A stretch of 64,000 bases of DNA, taken from positions 3,072,001 to 3,136,000 of the forward strand of contig OY969585.1 in assembly GCA_963701295.1 (NCBI GenBank), in the 5' to 3' direction. This DNA is from Ignavibacteriota bacterium (GTDB lineage: Bacteria; Bacteroidota; Ignavibacteria; UBA10030). A model generated the notes under the pieces. It made no database searches. It saw only the letters and a list, made by a program, of their open reading frames with translations, and had not been told where the DNA came from. Each line of letters starts with the position of its first letter. Within the stretch, counting starts at the first letter, position 1. This document shows, piece by piece, positions 52,876-62,922 of this stretch. The translations under genes and the position numbers were made by a program.

Positions 52876-55692
52876 ATGAAAAATAAAATCGTTTTATTTA
52901 CTTGTAGCTTTTTATTCCTTGTTAGCGTCCAAACCTCTTTCAGTTCTTTCACTATGAAGCGTATTCCTAACGGTATTCAGATAGAATTCGGTGATCAACA
53001 TGTGAAAGCACAGTTTTACGCTAGCACTATCGTTCGAATTACTAAATGGCTTCCTGAGACGACACCTGATTCATCAAGTTTGATAGTCATTCTAAAAACA
53101 TTGCCAGATATTCATCTTCAGACCAAAGAGAATGATACTACTATCAGCATAGGTTCAGAGAAATTACACATTATCATTTCAAAGACAGATGGTACCATCG
53201 TATTCCAGTCTCAAGATGATAAGACAATTCTCAAGGAGAACAGAAAGGCAATCATTACTCCCGCCATCATAAAGAATGAACGGGCATACAGTATCAAACA
53301 ACAATTTGAATTGACACCTGATGAAGGCATCTATGGTTTAGGTCAGCATCAATATGGTTATATGAACTACCGCGGACGCACAGTCAAACTTGTACAATCC
53401 AACACCGATGCGGTGAGTCCATTTCTTGTGTCTACCATGAATTATGGAATTTTGTGGGACAATTATTCAAAAACAATTTTCACTGATAACAAACAAGAAA
53501 CTTCACTTTGGTCTGATGTCGCCAGCAGCCTAGATTATTATTTCATTTATGATAATACCATGGATAGCGTCATTGCCGGCTACAGAAATCTTACCGGCCA
53601 AGCTCCGATGTACGGCAAATGGGCATATGGATATTGGCAAAGCAAAGAGCATTATGATAACCGGGATGAATTGTTAAGCGTTATCTATGATTATCGCAAA
53701 CGACAAATTCCCATCGATAATATCATTCAAGATTGGGATTACTGGGATGGTGCAGCAAATTGGGGACAATTATTTTTCGATGAAAAGAGATACCCCAATC
53801 CGAAAGAGATGATTGATATAATTCATAAACAAAATTTTCACATTATGATTTCTGTCTGGCCCGGGTTAGGTCCAAACACACAGGTGTATAAAGACATGCA
53901 GCAAAGGGGTTTTCTTTATCGTCCTGTCGGTTGGGCGGGTTTTAGATATTACGATGCATACAATCCTGCAGCAAATGATTTATATTGGCAGTCCGCAGAA
54001 AAAGGATTATTCTCGAAAGGGATTGATGCATGGTGGTTTGATTCAACCGAACCAGACGTCATCAATGCTTTGACCAAAGAATCTACTGAGTACGAATTGA
54101 AACGAATGGATAATAATTATTTGGGATCTTTTGCCCGGTATCTTAACCCATATTCCCTTCGCATCACAGAAGACACATATAAAAATCAACGCAAAGTTAC
54201 CGATCAAAAACGGGTCTATATTCTCACGCGCTCAACTTTTGCCGGTCAACAACGAGCTGCCGCAACTACATGGTCAGGCGATATTGGAGCAAATTGGAAT
54301 GTATATAAGAATCAAATATCAGCAGGTTTGAATCATTGCATGTCAGGTATTCCCTACTGGACATTTGACATCGGTGCATTTGTTATCGGCAGTTATGAAG
54401 GTGTTTTCTCCAATGGCGGAAAAGATCCGGCTTATCAGGAATTGTATACTCGGATGTTCCAGTTCGGCACCTTTTGCCCAATATTCCGATCTCACGGTTC
54501 TGAGACACCTCGTGAGATATGGCAATTCGGAGATTTTACTCCAACGCTGATAAAATTCGACAATCTTCGATACCGCTTGCTGCCCTATATTTATTCGCTG
54601 GCACATCAAGTAACAGAGAACGGATATACCATCATGCGCGGCCTGCCGATGGACTTTGGCAAAGATAAAAAAACATTTTCTATAGACGATCAATTCATGT
54701 TTGGCCCGGCGATGATGGTGTGCCCTGTTACCGAATACATGCTTCATCGCCCCCCCGAGCAGAGTATTCCGATAACAGCTGAACATTTTCGAACGAAGGA
54801 GGGAAAAATTGGTTTGAATGCAAAATATTACAAGGACACACAGTACAAGAATCTGACGCTCGAAAAAGTTGACTCCACTATCAACATTTTCTGGTATAGC
54901 GGACGTCCTGACTATGTTACCGATTCGACTTTATCCATTCGGTGGGAAGGAAAATTAGTACCGACTCAAACAGGAAAGCATCAATTCCATATCAAATGCT
55001 TCGGACCCAAACGAATCTTCCTCGATGGAAAACAACTCCCCTTCATTTATCAAAGTGTTGAAGTGTATACTGACTTTGTAGAGTTAGAAGCCGGAAAAGA
55101 ATATAGTTTTGCATTGGAGACTGAGAATTATTCCAGCGGCGCATTGCGAGTTTTACTCTACTGGAAAACTCCGGAGATTTTCGCAAAAGAAAAGACTATC
55201 GAGGAAAGACAACAAACACGAAATGTCTATTTACCTTCCGATCATCGATGGTACGATTTCTGGACAGGGGATACTTTGATGGGTGGTCAAACTATTACTT
55301 CTGCCGCACCGATAGATAAAATACCTCTGTTTGTAAAAGCAGGTTCGATCATTCCGATGGGACCGTTCGTTCAGTATGCCTCTGAAAAACCGGCCGATCC
55401 AATTGAGCTGCGTGTTTACCCCGGTGCAGACGGCAACTTCACTCTGTACGAAGACGAAAACGATAATTACAATTATGAAAAGGGCGCATATTCCATTATT
55501 CTCTTTTCATGGAACGAAAAAACAAAAACTCTCACGATCGGCGCGCAGAAAGGTAAATATCCCGGAATGATCGCGAAGAGAAAATTTACGATTGTGTTCG
55601 TTGAGGAAAATCACGGTGCAGGACTGGAAATAGAGAAACAGTCACTCAAAGAAGTTATATATACTGGTCATCCAGTTCGGATAAAGGAATAA
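52876..55692 (+). CDS. GH31 alpha-xylosidase with PA14 domain inserted in the C-terminal region
   Basis: YGLGQHQ, YGYWQSKEHY, IIQDWDYW, WWFDSTEPD, WSGDI, WTFDIG and FRSHG. The PA14-like insert GLNAKYY...SIRWEGKLVP lies between VCPV and RNVYLP. Confidence 0.9.
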   Translation: MKNKIVLFTCSFLFLVSVQTSFSSFTMKRIPNGIQIEFGDQHVKAQFYASTIVRITKWLPETTPDSSSLIVILKTLPDIHLQTKENDTTISIGSEKLHIIISKTDGTIVFQSQDDKTILKENRKAIITPAIIKNERAYSIKQQFELTPDEGIYGLGQHQYGYMNYRGRTVKLVQSNTDAVSPFLVSTMNYGILWDNYSKTIFTDNKQETSLWSDVASSLDYYFIYDNTMDSVIAGYRNLTGQAPMYGKWAYGYWQSKEHYDNRDELLSVIYDYRKRQIPIDNIIQDWDYWDGAANWGQLFFDEKRYPNPKEMIDIIHKQNFHIMISVWPGLGPNTQVYKDMQQRGFLYRPVGWAGFRYYDAYNPAANDLYWQSAEKGLFSKGIDAWWFDSTEPDVINALTKESTEYELKRMDNNYLGSFARYLNPYSLRITEDTYKNQRKVTDQKRVYILTRSTFAGQQRAAATTWSGDIGANWNVYKNQISAGLNHCMSGIPYWTFDIGAFVIGSYEGVFSNGGKDPAYQELYTRMFQFGTFCPIFRSHGSETPREIWQFGDFTPTLIKFDNLRYRLLPYIYSLAHQVTENGYTIMRGLPMDFGKDKKTFSIDDQFMFGPAMMVCPVTEYMLHRPPEQSIPITAEHFRTKEGKIGLNAKYYKDTQYKNLTLEKVDSTINIFWYSGRPDYVTDSTLSIRWEGKLVPTQTGKHQFHIKCFGPKRIFLDGKQLPFIYQSVEVYTDFVELEAGKEYSFALETENYSSGALRVLLYWKTPEIFAKEKTIEERQQTRNVYLPSDHRWYDFWTGDTLMGGQTITSAAPIDKIPLFVKAGSIIPMGPFVQYASEKPADPIELRVYPGADGNFTLYEDENDNYNYEKGAYSIILFSWNEKTKTLTIGAQKGKYPGMIAKRKFTIVFVEENHGAGLEIEKQSLKEVIYTGHPVRIKE

Positions 55693-55910
55693 AATATTTT
55701 GTAGTAAATTGCAGTGTATTGATTTATATTTTCTTATTCTTGTTTGTTATACTGCGGTACTATAGGAAACCATAAATCAATGCAAAAGTAGATAAATTTC
55801 TGGAAGCGATTAAAAAATATTCAAGTTGTAACATTTCAAAGTCATTTTGTCGAAGTGAAGAGACACTAAATGCAATGGCATCCCGCGAACAGTGAGAACT
55901 CAAACTTAAA

Positions 55911-58900
55911 ATGAAAAAAATAGCTTTAATTGTGGCATGCACCGTCTTTGTCGGGTTACAGATGCAAGCACAAATAAGGAATTATTCGAAAGCAAAAGAT
56001 GGTGTTGTTTTTGAAACCCACGAAGGAAAACTGAAGCTGAGGGTGGTTTCGAACGCCATCGTGCAGGTGATTGCATTACCGACAAAAGAACTTCCGCAGA
56101 GAAAAAGTTTATCGGAAGTGGACAACCTCAAACCGACAGGCAAATATTCCCTCAAGGAATCGGCAAACGAATATACGATGAAGACTTCGAAAATGATCAT
56201 AAAGATCGACAAAGCCGATGGAAGGATAAAATTTTTCGATTTGAACGGCAATCTTCTCCTGGGCGAACAGCAAAAAGGAAGGACATTCGTGAAATCGGAC
56301 TCTCCTGGCGATACAGCGTGGATTGTGGAACAAAAGTTCTCATCACCGGAGGATGAAGCGATCTTTGGCCTCGGTCAATATCAGTTCGATGTGATGAACT
56401 GGAAGAACGGACACATGAGAATGAAACAGCAGAACACAGCCATCGCGAGTCCGGTTATCGTCTCCAACAAAGGATACGGTTTATTCTGGGATAACTATTC
56501 TTACACAGAGTTCAATCCCGAGACCGAGAAAATCCAATTGCAGAGTATCGACGATAATAATCTCGGTGCTGAATTTGTTCCAAAAACTTCCGGAATGTAT
56601 ACATTTGTTCTCGACCGCCCTGGTTCCTCGCCAATTGAGATGACGTTAGATGGGAAAAAAGTTTTTAGTCTTGTTGCCGGCGTCGGCTACTCTCCCTCTA
56701 TTATAAAAGCAGACCTTCAAGCCGGAAAATCATATACCTTTAATATAAAAAATCTTGCAAAAAAAATTAATCCTGTAATCTCTTTTCATTTTTTAATTCC
56801 AGCCGGAGGAAAACCCGGAGAGCTTGGATTGAAGGGGGAATATTTTCCGAACATGAAACTAGAAGGCAAACCATCGTTCGTGAGAGTCGATTCAGTCATC
56901 GATTTTGATTGGGGGAACGGCTCGCCGAAAAAAGATTTCAAGACAGTCGAGTACTCCGTCCGATGGACCGGCAAACTAATAGCTCCCGCAACGATCAAAG
57001 GTGTTTCGATCGATGTGACGACCGATGATGGCGCACGGCTTTTCATCGATGAGAAAAAAGTTATCGATGACTGGAGAGACCGTTCGCCTGAAACTGACAG
57101 CTACACCATGGATCTCGATTCGGGAAAAGTGTATGCCATTAAAATCGAGTATTATCAAAACGCCGGCGGTGCTTCAGCGCGATTTTCATGGACTGGCGAG
57201 TCATCGAAAACAGATAATCATTTTTTGAATCAAATTGCTCTCTCCTGCCGAACGCCAGAGATGGCCGGACAGATGTCGTTCAAATCGCAAATTGCAGATG
57301 CAATCGATTATTATTTTATCTATGGTCCCGAAGCGGATCAGATCGTTTCCGGAATTAGAAAGATTACTGGGACAGCTCCTCTCTATCCGAAATGGGCGTA
57401 TGGATTGTTCATGAGTCAATATGGCTGGAAAACTCAAGAAAAAATTGAGAGTATCATCGATGGTTATCGTCAGAGAAGAATTCCACTCAATGTTGTGGTG
57501 CAGGATGCCGAGTATTGGCCTCTCTATCCTGACAATTTATGGGGCTCACATTTTTTCGATTCAACCCGTTACGCAAATCCAAAGGCGATGGTGGATCATA
57601 TCCATCAGATGAATGCGCATACAATCGTCTCCGTCTGGCCGCGGATCAACCGTGGAGTCGATGTCTACGATATCATGAACGCGAAAGGCTTTCTCCTCGG
57701 CCTCCAGGAGACAAAAGACAAATCGAACGAGGGTGTCGCCCTTCAGAATGAAGCCTCGAACTCAGCATACGATCCATTCAATCCGTCAGCCAGAAAACTC
57801 TTCTGGAGCTTCATGAACGAACGACTCTTCAAACTCGGATTCGATGGCTGGTGGATGGACGCCTCTGAGCCTGAGTGGGGATATGATTTCTCAAGAGCAC
57901 ATACTGCAATGGGAACCGGCAACCGATATCTGAATGCTTACCCGTTTATGTCGAAGAAAGGTGTTTACGAGGGACAACTCTCGACCGGAAGCGCAAAGCG
58001 TCCGTATATTTTGACTCGCTCTTCCTTTGTCGGTCAGCAGCGCTACGCAGCGACAACATGGAACGGTGATGTGAGTCCAGATTGGGACACCTACCGCAAA
58101 GAAATTCCAGCCGGATTAAATTATTGCATAACAGGTTTGCCATACTGGACGGTTGACATTGGCGGTTTCGTCCCTTATAAATTTGCCGATTCACCCGAGT
58201 ATCCCGAATTACTTGTACGATGGTATCAGTACGGAACGTTTCTACCCATCCTTCGGGTCCATGGTTGCAGGAAAACCGAATTCTGGAATTATGACAGTAA
58301 CACTGTAGAACTCCTGACGAAATACACAAACCTGCGTTACCGATTGATGCCGTATATTTATACTCTGGGTGCAAAAGTGACGTTCAACGATTTTACAATC
58401 TACCGCCCTCTGATAATGGATTTTAGGAATGATGCGAATGTGTACGACATCAAGGATCAGTTTATGTTTGCAAATGAATTTTTAGTCTCGCCCGTTGTCG
58501 AACAAAACGCGCACTCTAGAAAAGTGTATCTGCCGAAAACTACAGGTAGCTGGATAGACTTTTGGACCGGTAAGAGATATCAAGCGGGCCAGACAATCGA
58601 GGCCGCCGCACCTCTCGAAACAATTCCTTTATTTGTGAAAGCCGGATCAATCGTTCCGATGGGACCATTCATTCAATACGCCGAAGAAAAAACTAACGGT
58701 GATATTGAATTACGGGTTTACACCGGGTCCGATGGTTCATTTTCCTTATACGAAGATGAAAATGATAATTTCAATTATGAAAAAGGCGTCTTCTCCACTA
58801 TCTCTTTTTCCTGGAACGATGCAAAACGACAGCTGACTATTGGCAAGCGGCAAGGATCATTTCCGGGGATGTTGGAAAAACGCAATTTTCAGATTGTCCT

Positions 58901-58994
58901 TGTAGGAAAAGATAAAGGCAACGGGATAGAATTGACTGAGAAACCTAACAAGGTCATTCCATATTATGGTGAAGAACAAATTGTACAATTTTAA
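55911..58994 (+). CDS. GH31 alpha-xylosidase with PA14 insertion(s) in the N-terminal domain
   Basis: FGLGQYQ, PA14 GLKGEYF...SVRWTG...TTDDGARLFID, VVQDAEYW, WWMDASEPE, WNGDV, WTVDIGGF and LRVHG. Confidence 0.9.
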   Translation: MKKIALIVACTVFVGLQMQAQIRNYSKAKDGVVFETHEGKLKLRVVSNAIVQVIALPTKELPQRKSLSEVDNLKPTGKYSLKESANEYTMKTSKMIIKIDKADGRIKFFDLNGNLLLGEQQKGRTFVKSDSPGDTAWIVEQKFSSPEDEAIFGLGQYQFDVMNWKNGHMRMKQQNTAIASPVIVSNKGYGLFWDNYSYTEFNPETEKIQLQSIDDNNLGAEFVPKTSGMYTFVLDRPGSSPIEMTLDGKKVFSLVAGVGYSPSIIKADLQAGKSYTFNIKNLAKKINPVISFHFLIPAGGKPGELGLKGEYFPNMKLEGKPSFVRVDSVIDFDWGNGSPKKDFKTVEYSVRWTGKLIAPATIKGVSIDVTTDDGARLFIDEKKVIDDWRDRSPETDSYTMDLDSGKVYAIKIEYYQNAGGASARFSWTGESSKTDNHFLNQIALSCRTPEMAGQMSFKSQIADAIDYYFIYGPEADQIVSGIRKITGTAPLYPKWAYGLFMSQYGWKTQEKIESIIDGYRQRRIPLNVVVQDAEYWPLYPDNLWGSHFFDSTRYANPKAMVDHIHQMNAHTIVSVWPRINRGVDVYDIMNAKGFLLGLQETKDKSNEGVALQNEASNSAYDPFNPSARKLFWSFMNERLFKLGFDGWWMDASEPEWGYDFSRAHTAMGTGNRYLNAYPFMSKKGVYEGQLSTGSAKRPYILTRSSFVGQQRYAATTWNGDVSPDWDTYRKEIPAGLNYCITGLPYWTVDIGGFVPYKFADSPEYPELLVRWYQYGTFLPILRVHGCRKTEFWNYDSNTVELLTKYTNLRYRLMPYIYTLGAKVTFNDFTIYRPLIMDFRNDANVYDIKDQFMFANEFLVSPVVEQNAHSRKVYLPKTTGSWIDFWTGKRYQAGQTIEAAAPLETIPLFVKAGSIVPMGPFIQYAEEKTNGDIELRVYTGSDGSFSLYEDENDNFNYEKGVFSTISFSWNDAKRQLTIGKRQGSFPGMLEKRNFQIVLVGKDKGNGIELTEKPNKVIPYYGEEQIVQF

Positions 58995-59021
58995 GAATTG
59001 TATTCAATTTTTGATAATTCT

Positions 59022-59062
59022 AAGACGATCCGGGGCTTTCCCCGTTTCGTCTTTTTAGTTTT
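59022..59062 (+). terminator. Rho-independent terminator
   Basis: AAGACGA-TC-CGGGG/CCCCG-TT-TCGTCTT hairpin followed by a T-rich tract. Confidence 0.65.
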
Positions 59063-59121
59063 TAGCATCGACCATCATAAAAATGAAATTGAATAGTCCA
59101 ATAACCAAAAGGAAAGAACAT

Positions 59122-60828
59122 ATGATCAAGAAACTATTTTCTATCAGCATTTGTGTGATCATCGCTTTATCGATTGTGAACGGACAAAGCCCGGAAATTA
59201 CCGGCAAGTATGTTATTCCCGACGGCCCAGAATGGGCACAGCATGCAGTATTTTATCAGATTTATCCACAAACCTTTTACGATTCCAACGGCGACGGCAT
59301 TGGCGATTTGAACGGCATCATTCAAAAGTTGGACTACGTCAAAAGCCTTGGTATTGATGCAATATGGCTCAATCCATTTTTTGATTCGCCATTTAATGAT
59401 GCCGGGTACGACATTCGAGATTACTATAAAGTAGCGCCTCGATATGGAACCAATGAAGATGCAAAACGGCTATTTCAGGAAGCGCACAAGCGCGGTTTAA
59501 AAGTGATCTTCGATTATGTCATCACATACACAGCCATCGATCATCCATGGTTTATTGAATCGTGCAAACAGACACCCAATAAATATTCCAACTGGTATAT
59601 TTGGACAGATAATGTCTGGAAAATGGAAGAAGGTGAATTTGCCAATCGGTTTATTCAAGGCTATGGGCAGCGCAACGGTAATTTTATGCGGAATTTCTAC
59701 TGGTCGCAGCCTGCCCTGAATTTCGGTTTCGGAGTGCCTGATACGAATAAAAAATGGCAGCTACCAACAAACCATCCCGACGTTCTTGCTATGCGGGAGG
59801 AGTTGAAAAAGATCTTTTGCTACTGGATGGATATGGGAGCCGACGGCATACGCGCAGACATGGCCGGTGCATTGGTTAAAGGTAACGATGTAAATGGCGA
59901 TACGAAGAAATTCTGGGCAGAAATTCGTCAAATCGTTAAAGAAAAATATCCGCAAGCGTTTATGGTATCCGAATGGTCTTATCCGAAAGACGCGCTTGAT
60001 AATCGCTTCCACGCCGATTTCTTCCATTGGTTTGATGGCTACAACGATCTTATGCAAAAGGAAAGCTGGCGCATTCTGAACGGATACTCTGAAGGGCATA
60101 GTTTTTTTGATAAGGAAGGCAAAGGGAATATTGCTTATTTCCTATCGAAATATATGGAGCAATACAACGAAACAAAAGCCAAAGGATATATTCTCCTGCC
60201 GCTGGGGAACCATGATAATGCACGATTGAATGTACATCGGACTATTGATGAGCTTGAAATGATTATGGCTTTTGGAATAACCATGCCTGGTGTACCGTTC
60301 ATTTATTATGGAAACGAAATCGGCATGCGTGAACTGGCTGACATGCCGCAAATTGAAGGTGCCTATAAACCTCGTGCAGGCGCACGAACGCCCATGCAAT
60401 GGACGTTAGGTAAGAACCGAGGATTTTCCACTGCTGATTTCTCCAAACTCTATCTGCCTGTAGATACCAGCAACGATGCACCGAATGTTGAGACCGAACA
60501 AAAAGATCCTACTTCATTACTGAACCGCGTGAAGAAGCTGATACAATTAAAACACGATGAACCGGCACTAGCTGCATATGCCGAATTCATTCCACTCTAT
60601 GCAAAAGAGAATACATATCCATTTGTTTATTCCAGAGCAAACGGGAAAGATGTGATTTTAGTTATCCTTAATCCAGCTGAAAGGACGGTATCTGCTGAGT
60701 TCCAGATGAATATATCTTTTAAAAAGCTACAATTACTGGCTGGAAAAGAAATTAGAATTACTATGAAACATAGAACGCTTGTTTTAGATGTACCAGGGAC
60801 AACATATGCAGTGTACAGAGTAAAGTAA
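59122..60828 (+). CDS. GH13 alpha-amylase-family glycosidase with signal peptide (subfamily uncertain)
   Basis: FYQIYPQTFYDSNGDGIGDL, GYDIRDY, DGIRADMAG (nucleophile), VSEW, GNHD, YYGNEIGM and RTPMQW. Start placed at MIKKLF. Confidence 0.85.
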   Translation: MIKKLFSISICVIIALSIVNGQSPEITGKYVIPDGPEWAQHAVFYQIYPQTFYDSNGDGIGDLNGIIQKLDYVKSLGIDAIWLNPFFDSPFNDAGYDIRDYYKVAPRYGTNEDAKRLFQEAHKRGLKVIFDYVITYTAIDHPWFIESCKQTPNKYSNWYIWTDNVWKMEEGEFANRFIQGYGQRNGNFMRNFYWSQPALNFGFGVPDTNKKWQLPTNHPDVLAMREELKKIFCYWMDMGADGIRADMAGALVKGNDVNGDTKKFWAEIRQIVKEKYPQAFMVSEWSYPKDALDNRFHADFFHWFDGYNDLMQKESWRILNGYSEGHSFFDKEGKGNIAYFLSKYMEQYNETKAKGYILLPLGNHDNARLNVHRTIDELEMIMAFGITMPGVPFIYYGNEIGMRELADMPQIEGAYKPRAGARTPMQWTLGKNRGFSTADFSKLYLPVDTSNDAPNVETEQKDPTSLLNRVKKLIQLKHDEPALAAYAEFIPLYAKENTYPFVYSRANGKDVILVILNPAERTVSAEFQMNISFKKLQLLAGKEIRITMKHRTLVLDVPGTTYAVYRVK

Positions 60829-61099
60829 GTTAACGAGGGCGATACAGTTTTGTGGATGTGTCGCTTCCTTCTGTGTTCTTGCTGTTATAAATCTTGAATG
60901 CAGAATCAACTATCTACATCGAATGATCTTAGCGTACTGTTAGCAGAAGAATCACGAAAGCAAATACATTTCCAATTCTAATTACAGGAAGATCGATGTC
61001 AAAGGAAAAGAGTACTAATCTTAAAAGGAATTTTTATGAAAGTGAACTATACATGATTCTAGTTAGAAGCCCCTCCAACATATTTCCCCATAGAACGAT

Positions 61100-61141
61100 A
61101 TAACCCAAAGGTTGCAGGTTCAAGTCCTGCCTCCGCTACTA
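61100..61141 (+). pseudogene. 3' half of a tRNA-fMet gene (att-like fragment)
   Basis: ATAACCCAAAGGTTGCAGGTTCAAGTCCTGCCTCCGCTACTA covers anticodon loop 3' side, CCC stem, variable loop, T-arm GCAGG-TTCAAGT-CCTGC and acceptor 3' strand. No 5' half is present upstream. Confidence 0.78.
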
Positions 61142-61150
61142 AGTCTAAAG

Positions 61151-61192
61151 AAGAATTCTCACTGATGGAAATTGGTGAGGATTTCTTAATTT
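61151..61192 (+). terminator. Hairpin directly after the tRNA fragment (probable tRNA terminator)
   Basis: AAGAATTCTCACTGAT-GGAA-ATTGGTGAGGATTTCTT stem with G-U pairs, then TAATTT. Confidence 0.55.
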
Positions 61193-61408
61193 ATGGGTGA
61201 AACTTTGATGTGCTGATCTATTTTTCTTGTCTTTTAACAGATGGTGCATAGTGTACCAATTGACACTTCCGATCATTTTTTTAATGCTCTTATATTCATA
61301 TTCGGCATTCACCTTCTATGATGGCTTTCAACAATCGAATAAATGTCATTTCTGGTTTTGAAAAATCATTCTTGAGTTGCGTAATAATTTGCATGCGAAA
61401 GTATCCTC

Positions 61409-61996
61409 TTATATCCGTTGTGCTTTATAAAAACCGAATCCAAAAAATGATGATATCTTGATGACTCTAAAGCAAGTGTTCGTTAGGCTTTTTGTCAGTT
61501 CCTGAAGCGAGAAGCGTCCATCCTTGGGATGATACCAATGTGGCCATAGACCATCAAACAATTCCAGCATCTTCCCAGCAGGCTCCTCCAAGTACATTTC
61601 TCCACCAGATCGAAGAACCCGATGGCACTCCGATAGAACAACACGCCATTCTGGCATATGATGCAATGCTCCAAAGATCACAATTAAATCCTTACTCGCA
61701 TCTTCGATGGATTGCATGTTTTCTGCATCTTCAATTCGAAATTCTGCATTTCGGATCCCTCTCTTTCGCGCTAATGCTATTTGTTCTTCCATCACATCGA
61801 TTCCGATATAACTTCGCGGTTTATCCCTCAGTATTAATATAGCCCCGTATCCTGAACCACATCCGATTTCTAAAACATCTTTTCCATTGAAACGAACACC
61901 CATGCGTTCTAAGCGTGGAAGCTCATAATGTTTTTGTAATAGCCTTCTGGGAAGACTATTCATCGCCTGAAATTCTTCTCTTGATAGTCGAGACAT
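61409..61996 (-). CDS. Class I SAM-dependent methyltransferase
   Basis: VLEIGCGSG, IGIDV, EDAENM, GALHH and RVLRSGG. The likely start MSRLSREEF follows AAAGGG. Confidence 0.85.
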   Translation of the reverse strand: MSRLSREEFQAMNSLPRRLLQKHYELPRLERMGVRFNGKDVLEIGCGSGYGAILILRDKPRSYIGIDVMEEQIALARKRGIRNAEFRIEDAENMQSIEDASKDLIVIFGALHHMPEWRVVLSECHRVLRSGGEMYLEEPAGKMLELFDGLWPHWYHPKDGRFSLQELTKSLTNTCFRVIKISSFFGFGFYKAQRI

Positions 61997-62270
61997 TGTT
62001 CTGTTCCCTTTATATAATATTATACATAGCTGCTTAACTGATCCTAAGATCACCATGGCTAAGATAAAGGAGAAGGGAAAAGCAAACAATCCCCATTAGT
62101 AGGGATTTTATAAATACTCTAGAAAATATCAGGGTAAGATGTCAGTTGCTGCCTAAACTGCTGACTGCGGATGCCATCAAGAATAATGAGCTTAAAAAAA
62201 ATTATTAAGAGACAGAGCATTTTCATTTCGGATTTACTCTCCCTTGTCCAAAGTTGAAATGGCAATTGCC

Positions 62271-62459
62271 GCCTAACGGATGGGCGTTAAGCTGTAGCAC
62301 TGATAACTTTCAATATATTCTAAACGAAATGAGTTCATGCTGAAAAATTTATTATTAAGAACCGAAACTTATGCAAGCCATGCTTAACGTACCCATTTAC
62401 CCGCCATGCTTTATCTTTGAGCGGGCGCTCATTCTATCAGCTTGAGCGCCTGGTTAGAT
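62271..62459 (-). other. Integron attC-like recombination site 1 (about 189 bp)
   Basis: Minus strand ATCTAAC (overlapping the upstream stop codon)-caggc-GCTCAAGCTG ... CAGCTTAAC-gcccatcc-GTTAGGC matches the R''/L''/L'/R' layout with the typical unpaired base. Confidence 0.75.
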
Positions 62460-62897
62460 GGGCGATTTTATTTTCTTAGAATATTGTCTTTGACTAAAAA
62501 AGCCACCAACGAATCCCAACCCAACAATAATTAAAAAGAAAATATATGCGCGATAATTGAGCTGACCTCCAAAACTTATTTTCATTATGGTACCTAGAAA
62601 TCCTGCAAGTATGCCTATTAGAAGACCATGAATAGAAATATTGTTCCCAGTTTTCTTGGTGCTGATTAACGCAATAACAAAAGTGAAGAACATTTCAAGC
62701 AACGACATCATCCACCGGCTAATTGTAGCGGCAAAATGACTGATTGCAGCTTGGTCAGGCTTGCCATGAGCTTCAAATGCTAGTACAAAGGCATAGCCAG
62801 CAGTTATTATTGTTACTACGAGGAAGCTGAAAACAATTATTAAGAATGAAGAGACAACAACGCGAATCCATCGAATATTTGTTAAATGTAATTTCAT
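62454..62897 (-). CDS. Small four-TM membrane protein of unknown function (gene cassette A)
   Basis: Four hydrophobic segments. Begins about 25 nt after GTTAGGT with an AAAGG RBS, and its stop codon overlaps attC1 R''. Confidence 0.75.
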   Translation of the reverse strand: MKLHLTNIRWIRVVVSSFLIIVFSFLVVTIITAGYAFVLAFEAHGKPDQAAISHFAATISRWMMSLLEMFFTFVIALISTKKTGNNISIHGLLIGILAGFLGTIMKISFGGQLNYRAYIFFLIIVGLGFVGGFFSQRQYSKKIKSPI

Positions 62898-62922
62898 TTA
62901 TCTATGACCTTTCTGTTCGCCC

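Noticed and set aside
277-60481. The many short antisense or out-of-frame ORFs in the ORF track
   Set aside because: They overlap long genes with clear family motifs and show no recognisable motifs of their own, so they are shadow ORFs.
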